Source: Camelus dromedarius (lineage: Eukaryota). From it: 64,000 bases of DNA. Made by a program: the position numbers and the translations under genes. Of this stretch, positions 55,701-64,000 are shown piece after piece. Position 1 is the stretch's first letter. The number at the start of each line of letters is the position of its first letter. The DNA lies in NCBI RefSeq assembly GCF_036321535.1, contig NC_087436.1, positions 112,842,001 to 112,906,000 of the forward strand. The letters run 5' to 3'. Under the pieces are notes generated by a model. That model saw only the letters and a list, made by a program, of their open reading frames with translations, had not been told where the DNA came from and searched no databases.

Positions 55701-56469
55701 TGACTAGCATTGAGAGAGTTGATTTATTGGAGAGAATGCTGAATTGAGAGCTAGGAGAGGAAGGGAAAGGGAATTTAATGAGTTCTTACTACGTGCTTAT
55801 TTATTTCTTTTAATCCTCACAAGAGTGCTGTGTGGCAAGTATTATCTCTGATTTACAGAGGAGACAGACTTAGTGGTTAACTAACTTACCTAACTCACTC
55901 ACCTAGTAATTAGGGGAGCCTGAATTTTAATCTTTAGGATTTTTTCTCTTTCTGAAGCTCCTGTTTTTTGCATTACGTTAATGGTTCTGCTGCTTATTAC
56001 TAGCTGTATGATTTTATGCAAAACATTTCACCTGTGGATCATGGTTTTTTCTGTCTGTAAATTAAAGCTAGTTTGAGCATATCAGTTTTAAGGTTTTCTT
56101 CATTGAGTGTAAATCTCCCTTGATGAAATGAAAGCACTGGCTGAGAAGACAAAAAAATAAAAACTTGTTTGTGGTAATAGTAGTTGAATTTTTGTTATGT
56201 TTTTTCCTGTCTGTTTTTGAACTTAATATTTAGTCTTCAAGTGACACATAACTTTTCAAATCAGTTTGAAGCCATGCTGTAGGTATGATTTTAAGTTGCA
56301 GAATGTCTGAGACAGAAAGTTTACAGATTCTTTTAAAATATAGGAAGTAGCATGTTACTGTTTTTGAGTATACGTTTCCTGTTGTACATAGGTTCTTTGT
56401 TGAATTAGCCAGGCATCAGAGGATACAAGCTTATAGGTCACTTAGGAACTTTTATATCCTACTGTAGAA

Positions 56470-56702
56470 CAATATTTTTCAAAGTGTGCTTTATTGCCTA
56501 TTTGTGGGTCATGGAATTAATTTTATGGGTCAGAAATAGCATTAAAAGTGAAATGGAAAAGTAAATAATAGAATACATCATGGATTAGGGAGGGAAATAC
56601 TGTTTCCTGAAATTTGTTAGAAGTGTTGTGATGTGTATGTGTCTGGGTTGTGCTGTATTTCATACTAAAGGTCATGGTTAAACATGCTTGAAAAAACACT
56701 TC
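56470..56702. mobile_element. hAT-Charlie MITE, followed by a MER20-like fragment (~56709-56830)
   Basis: caatatttttcaaagtgtg...gggtcatgga...cttgaaaaaacact inverted ends. Confidence 0.6.
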
Positions 56703-59626
56703 TTTAGAGCAGCATTTCTCAACTGCAGCACTGTTGACATTTTGGGCCAGATGACTCTTTGCTGTGAGGGCTGTCCCGTGCATTTTAGGGTGTTTAGCGG
56801 ATCCCTGCCATTCACCCACTAAGATGTCAGTAGCACGTCTACAGTGGCAACAATTAAGAGACAAACAATTAAAAAAAAACGATTCGTATGAACAGATTTT
56901 TTTAAAAGTTAAATTGTATATGCTCAGGTTATTCTTTTCACTGCTAAATTTACTGACTTTAGGTACCTAGTTAAAAACAGTTGTTGAACTGGAGAAAAAC
57001 TGAGTAGGGTAAGGACTTCTAGTGATAGTTTTATTTGGGCTAGATATAGAAATAACAGAAAAGCCTAAGTAGACTTATATAGGTTACGTTCTGTGTTCTT
57101 TAAACATATTAATTTATTCAATCATCACAAGAACTTTATGAAGTAGTTTTATTAGTCTTATTTTACAGATAAGAAGCTGAGTGAGGTACAGAGTAACTTA
57201 GTGACTTGCTGGCAGAGATGGATTCACACCCCAGCAGTCTGGCTCCAAAGTCAGCATTTTTAACCACTCTGCCGGGTTGACTCTGTGTATAACATAGAGT
57301 CCTTTTGTCTGTCTAATTTGGTTCTCAGTCTGTAGCATGAACCTGGTCTTTGCCTTAACTTGTTATTAAATCTGAAAGATTTTCTAATAGTCCGGTGAGA
57401 ATATTTATAAAACTTCTTACATGTCTTTTAAGATGTTATTTTCCATAACTCACATGAGAGCATTATTTACTTTTTTGCCATGCTTTTGTTTTTAAAAATT
57501 TTATAGCTATTATTAATACTTTCAAAATCTATCTTTTATTTCCACTAAGACTTATTTTTATTTTTTTTTTAAATAAAATGACACATAATAGTATTTCCTG
57601 AGATGAGCCACTAGGGAATTTTGTTGTGATTTTTGTGTGGCATTTCTTAAGATAACATTTGCAGCATCGGTTTAACCAAATCTGTCTTGTCGTTGTTTTT
57701 GTGTGGCTCAGGAGCTAAGACTATTTTTTACATTTTTAAGTAGTTTGAAAAAAATCAAAACAATAATATATTATGACATGTGAAAATTATATGAAATTAA
57801 AATTTTAAATAAAATTTCATTTATACTCATTCATATGACTACTTTTGTGCTACAACAGCTGAATTAAATAGTTGCTACAGACAGTATGCCCCACAAAACG
57901 TAAAATACTTAGTATCTGGCCCTTTACAGAAAAAGTTGCCAATCCCTGTTCTAGATAATTTACTTACTGTGGTTCCTATTCATTGTCCTGTCTCCAGTCA
58001 CTAGAATGTGAGCTCCATAAAGGCAGAGATGTCTGTTTTGTTCACAGAAGTATACCAAGTACCAGAAACAGTGCCTGGCTCATAATAGCTGCTCATTAAA
58101 TAGTTGAATGGAGTAAAAAAAATGCATTAATTTATAAAAATGAATGACTAATTTTCAAAATAATGATAGCTAATATTTATTAAACACCAATTCATTTTAA
58201 TCTCACAGCAGCCATGTGAAGTACCAGTGGTGTTATTCCCATTTAACACCAAGAAGAAACTAAGACATTTAGGGAGAAAAGTAACTTACCCAGGGTTACA
58301 CAGCTAAATAAATACTAGGACTGGAACCTAACCTTAGAGAATTTGGCTCTAGGTCTGGCTTTCTATAAATAACTCTTAATACCTAATCCATACTGCCTTA
58401 TACAGAAAATGCTTATCTATCATATATTATGTATTATATACTATTATATGTAGTAGAATAGTTTTGCTTTTGGAGTTTGTCTTTTTGATACTTTGTCACG
58501 AGCCTACTATTCCTACCTGGAACAGACAGGCAGTTAAGACAGGTTAGACTCTGCTTCATTTTAGAAATCCTAGATCAGACTTTGCAGAGCAGTCTAGGAA
58601 GTTGGTGTTAGTAGCTTCTCCTCCATTTACTGTCTCTTGTTTTTTAACCTAATCAGATTTTCCCTCTTAAAATGAATTTTGAAACTGGAATTGACATAAT
58701 AGAAGGTAGATTTAATGTGGCAGTGGAGGTAATTGGAAGGTTTGGGTTTACTTTGAACTTCAACTTGAATCGAGCTTCTTGATAATATGTATGCTTTAAA
58801 CATGAGAATTTAATTTGACATTAAATGTAAAAAGTAAAAGTTACATCAGAATAGTCATTTTCTCTTGTTGAATAGTAGAATTAAGGAAGATGACACTGTA
58901 TGTATTTCTTTATATTTTCGTTGAGTTTTGTCTTTCCTTCAGGTACGTTTGCTTTCTCATGGCCTGATGTGCCAGGATTCACGTTGTACTGTTGCAGTGC
59001 TTCCACACCAAAAAAGTACACGACTCCTTATATAAACTGCCAAGTGTTTATCCTGGTTTTCTTTAAAAAAAAAAATTACTCCCCTGAAATTATCTAGTAA
59101 TATTCTAATAGCTCAATGTTTTATAATTATTTTCTGAACAGATCAGATGCATCTTGATATTAATATTTAAACAAACTATAATAGAATGTTTCTGAATTTT
59201 TTACATTGTAAAAATAGTGTAGTAGCATAAAGTACATTTTAAACAGAGGAAAAAGCACATCACATTATCCTAACATAACTCTTTTAATGTTTACCTACAA
59301 CTCTATGGAGTGTCTATATTTAGAATACAGATAATGGAATTTTAGATTTTTGATGGAGTCTGGTTTAATCCCTTTTATATAAAGAAACCATGCTATTTGT
59401 TGGTGCATATGTTCCTTCCTTCAGAATTCAAACCAGCATTCCTGGCCTGGGGCCCTTTTTATTATACCATCATAACTTCTTAGTTTATGAATTTCCTTCC
59501 CTACTTTAACCAATTGTAAGGGAGATATTTTGCTATATACAAAACTAAATAGGAATGCATTTGAATATTTCTTACTGGTGCATATTTACATGTATATTAT
59601 GCCTTTCTTTTTAAATTTTTATTCAG

Positions 59627-59842
59627 CTTTCTAAAACCAACTTCTCCAACAACAACGATTTCCGTGCTCTTCTGCAGTCTCTGTATGCTACTTTTAAGGA
59701 GTTCAAAATGCATGAGCAGATTGAAAACGAATACATTATTGGTTTGCTTCAGCAACGCAGCCAGACCATTTATAATGTGCATTCTGACAATAAACTCTCT
59801 GAGATGCTTAGCCTCTTTGAAAAGGGTTTGAAGAATGTTAAG
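59627..59842 (+). CDS. FBXL5: FBXL5 coding exon 2
   Basis: [76 protein letters not shown] flanks; 216 nt; H57, E58, E61 and H80 present. Confidence 0.97.
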
Positions 59843-59935
59843 GTGAGTTGCATGAACGAGTATTTATCAGAACTTTTGCTATCTTCTGATATGTCATTGG
59901 CAAAACTTGTTAGCATTTTCTAGTAAATGATGTTA

Positions 59936-60367
59936 TGTTAAAGAAAGAAAAATTACTCTGATACTTGTTAAAGACGGCAGGGAAGACTTTATTAAAGGGA
60001 TTACTACAGTGGGGTTTTGCAGAGAGAGATGGGCTTAACTGTGAATATAACAAGGACAAGTGGGGATTTATAGCCAGAAAGCAGGGTGAGGGTCAGGAAA
60101 ATTGCTAATAGGAAGCATCAAGGCTGGGAGATTCTTGCAAGACTGACTTGCTGCCTCTTGTGGAAGGCAGACCAAGGTGGTAAGATACTCAGAGCAGGTA
60201 GATACTGAGGGTTATCAGATGACGAGTTTGGGGAGGTTGATAGACTGGTTAGGATGATTTTTTGCTAAAACTGGACCAAGTGGGCCAAGGACAGAGCTCA
60301 AGGTTAGGGCCTACTTGACAGAAAGACTCAGTGGAGCCTCACTGAGTTTTGATGAGAATCTTTATCA
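59936..60367. mobile_element. ERV1-type solo LTR in FBXL5 intron 2
   Basis: TG...CA ends with 4-bp TSD gtta at 59932-59935 and 60368-60371. Confidence 0.75.
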
Positions 60368-62210
60368 GTTACCTCTTTGTTACTCTATACAAAATTTAAT
60401 CATGAATGCTACTCCCCAAATCTTAAAGGTGTTGTTCTAAGTTGAAATTTTAATTACTTAAAATTTTTTAATTTCTGATAACATTTGCTGAACTCTTAAA
60501 AGAAAGCGGTAATAAATGCAGTTACTGGTGACTAAAGGTAAAATTGTTACTTAGAATGAACATAGTTTAGGATACTAATGTAGAAAAATTTTCCTATTAA
60601 TTGTATTTACATATTATGGGCTATTTGAAGTTTGATCTTCGTTTGTCCTGTTTGGCTTGGTGAAGCATAGATGTAAGTTGCAACTCTCTCAAACCACCAC
60701 ACACTTTTAATTTACAGATTTGTGTTCAAGAAAGGCTGTTCTGCATCAGGGAAGAGGATGGACTGAAGGAAGGAAAAGACTCAAGCAGGAATATTGTTAT
60801 AAAAAATTGTTGTAGTCTCTGGAAGAATACAAAATAGCTACTTGGTGGGGAGTTGGGAGATTGAGTAGGGATAGGCTGATGGGAGGGAAGATGGTATTGG
60901 GAGATTCACTTTTCATTAAATACTCCTTTCTGCTCTTTGAATTTTATAACATGTTCACGTATTATCTAGTCAGTAAAATGATTAAAATCTGAACTAAAGT
61001 AATGACTAGTAGAGAGTGGGGAGGGGACAGACTTGAGAATAATGTAGGATATAACATTGATAGAAAGCAGTGCTTGTCTGTAAAGGGGAGAGGAATGGAG
61101 AATGAGAAAGGAAATAGAGTTGAGCCAGACTTTCTACGGAATATGAAAGAGGCTGGGGGAATAAAAAGATCCATAATGAACAGGTTGGGTTGGAACTGCC
61201 TGTGCAGTCCAGGTGGACGTTTACTAATAGGAGGAGGCATAGTTGGGCTTTAAGGTTAGAATAGTAGTTCGGAAAGCAAAATTGATACTTATTAGCATGT
61301 AAGTGGCAGTAGAGACCACTTGGTTATGCTTAGGGAAAACGTGTCAAATCCTAAGAGACTAGGGCATTGGATAGGCTATCGGGAAGCAGCTGAGTAAATT
61401 AGTTCAAGAAGGAAGAGACTAGAGAGGACTCAGCAGGAATAAAATACTCCCATATTAAAAAGTTTTATTATTTTGTTAATTTTCCACACGTATTCAGTTG
61501 AGAGGGCTGATAGAGGAGCGGTGGATAAGTTACAGGGAGATATGATCTTAGTTTGTATTAGGAAGAACTTTTCAGCTGTTATCCAGTTAGTCATTTTTGA
61601 AGTGTATATGGTCTTCTGAAGGATAATGTAACAGGTATTCTTAATTGTTTAGTGGAGGAGACACCAGGTGACCTTAAAGGGATTCTGTAATGATATAGTC
61701 CAGTAGGCCTTTAAGGGCTGCTCAGAAGTATAAGAAAACTGACACACAGAATTGTGTAAATACATACATTAGAAGTCAATGGAAGCTTTGAGCAGATACT
61801 TTTTATGACATTTTTTAAAAGTATGAGATCACATTACTGAAGGAGTTCAAGTTTCCTTTAAAAGATGTTTTAAGGACATCATTTATACTTAGAAAAGTGC
61901 AGAGACCACTTTGCTGTTTGCTAGTCTAATGTTTTTCCTGAGGTTTCATGTTACATTTTAAACTGAATTCCTAGGACCAGATACAGTATAAATAATGAAC
62001 CAATTTTTTTTACTCAAAAATTTTATTTTTTATTGGAGTGTAATTGATTTACAATGTTAGTCTCAGGTGTACAGTAAAGCAGTTCAGTTATACATATAAA
62101 CATATATATCTGTATCTATTATATGTATATATAGCTATTTGTCTTCAGATATTTTTCCATTATAGCTTATCGGCATTTTTATAGAATACAGTTTTTTTGT
62201 TTGTTTGCAG

Positions 62211-62306
62211 AATGAATATGAGCAGTTAAATTATGCAAAACAGCTGAAAGAAAGATTGGAGGCTTTTACAAGAGATTTTCTTCCTCACATGAAAGAGGAA
62301 GAGGAG
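62211..62306 (+). CDS. FBXL5: FBXL5 coding exon 3
   Basis: [36 protein letters not shown] flanks; 96 nt; H126 and E130 present. Confidence 0.97.
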
Positions 62307-63674
62307 GTAAGCATAATTCTTCCCCTTGTGATTTTGATTTATAAAATTAAAAAAATGTTATTTCGCCTTTGATTCTTCAAAATAATGTATAGGAAAATGG
62401 ACTTCTAGTTCATTTTAGGAAATGAAGAAAAACCCAAGGAAAAAGAGTTCATTTTGTCCCCTTAGAGAGTTTGTTGCTTTCCATTGAATGAGTGATTTAA
62501 TTCATTTACTCAACAAATACTTATTATGTTGTTATGTGGATGGCACTGTTAATAACTTTTTATGCAATCCTACTGTCTTTTCTGAACCTTTAGAAGATTC
62601 TTTAAACTTTTTTCTGTTTTATTTCTTTTTTTAAAGATTCTTTAAACTTTTTAATGTTTTCCTGTATTTTCATATTAAGTTTAAAGAATTTTTAGTGGTT
62701 TTTTTAGGAGTAGATTTTTGTAATTAAGTGGTGGTGTTAAATTTATCAGCCTTACGCCTAGTGCACACGTATTAGGATATCACTGAATGGATTAGCAAAA
62801 CATTTTCTCATTCTCTTCTTTCTCTAAAGTGGGATGAATATCAGGGTGAGGAATAGAGAAAATATTTTATGAGAAACTTGATTCTTGTTCAGCTGGAAAT
62901 CAGTTATTATAGTGATTCTCAGTATAATAAGGCTTCACCTTGTAATCAGATTGCTATTTAGAAAAATCTCCTTTTAAGCCCTTTCCAGACCAGTTAAATC
63001 AGGTGAGAGATACTGACATGGGTACAGTTTAAAGGCTCCCCAGGTCATTATAATATGCAAATATGCAACAGGCATTGAAACTACCGAGTTACTAGAGCAG
63101 TGTTTCTTAACCTGTGATGTATGTCAACATTATGAAACAACAACAAAAAGCCCTTGGCTCTACCTCTTAAGATTCTAATTCTGTCAGTTAGAGGTCGGGA
63201 CTAAACATCTATTTCAGAGAAGAAATCTCCCAGATAATTTTGAATAGTTGAAGGTCTTAGTAGAGCTCTGACTTTCATGATTCCAATATACTGAATACCA
63301 TTCTCATGTGATGTAGAGGCCCGGTTTAGATAGAGGTCAACTGCAGTAGCAGAAGGCAGTTAACGGACCTAAATGTCCGACCATACAGAGTGATTGAGAG
63401 TGTATGACAGGCTCTGTACAGGAAGACCTTCTGGTTTGGATGCTTTTAAATTGTTAAGGGATTGACTTACTAACTGGAGAAGCCACAGAAAGAAGGATCT
63501 TGGTGGTGTTCTCTGCAGTTTTGGATAAGCTAACTTAGTGATAACAACTAAATCTTTATGTCTTGCACTTAATGTGGGCATTTGACCACACTCGAGCCAC
63601 TAATAATTTAAAAAGTGTACAGTGCAACAGAACCAGTTAAGCATATTTCCTGATGAGTATTTTGTTTAATTTAG

Positions 63675-63861
63675 GTTTTTCAGCCCATGTTAATGGAATA
63701 TTTTACCTATGAAGAGCTTAAGGATATTAAAAAGAAAGTGATTGCACAGCACTGCTCTCAGAAGGACGCCGCAGAGCTCCTCAGAGGCCTCAGCCTGTGG
63801 AATCAAGCTGAGGAACGACAGAAGTTCTTTAAATATTCTGTGGATGAAAAATCAGATACAG
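63675..63861 (+). CDS. FBXL5: FBXL5 coding exon 4; the gene continues off the right edge of the window
   Basis: [66 protein letters not shown] flanks; 187 nt. Confidence 0.97.
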
Positions 63862-64000
63862 GTGAGAGTCGTATGTTTAGATAGCCAGGAACTTACTCAT
63901 TCCAAGGCCATTTACTTCTTGTTGATAAGAACTTTATATTTTGTTTGAAGGATAATTTAAGCCATGTTTCCAAGTGTAGTAAATTTAATTGATAGTAGTT

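Noticed and set aside
62594..62652. Duplicated aagattctttaaacttttt in FBXL5 intron 3
   Set aside because: Most likely a small TSD-flanked poly-T insert or a local slippage; no further structure

Overview
Eutherian mammalian genomic DNA. Repeated tRNA-derived SINEs of the Vic-1 type suggest a camelid (inference). The window is orthologous to the human 4p15.32 BST1-FAM200B-FBXL5 interval. It holds BST1 coding exons 1-2 (minus strand), a hAT/Charlie-derived FAM200B reading frame disrupted by two frameshifts, a nonsense codon and a probable lost stop (minus strand), a 5'-truncated SNX18 retrocopy, FBXL5 coding exons 1-4 (plus strand) and many TE fragments. The main unexpected result is that ~11.9-33.3 kb looks like a fossil DNA-level duplicate of the head-to-head DCAF16-NCAPG locus. 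The CpG island at ~19.2-19.8 kb is a copy of the NCAPG promoter, 5'UTR and exon 1. Decayed NCAPG exons 2-6 (possibly 7) follow in order on the plus strand. A decayed DCAF16-like ORF lies on the minus strand just upstream of the transposon that became FAM200B. The inferred model is that the duplicated bidirectional promoter was co-opted to drive the domesticated transposase. All homology calls were made by eye against recalled human/bovine sequences and need alignment confirmation.
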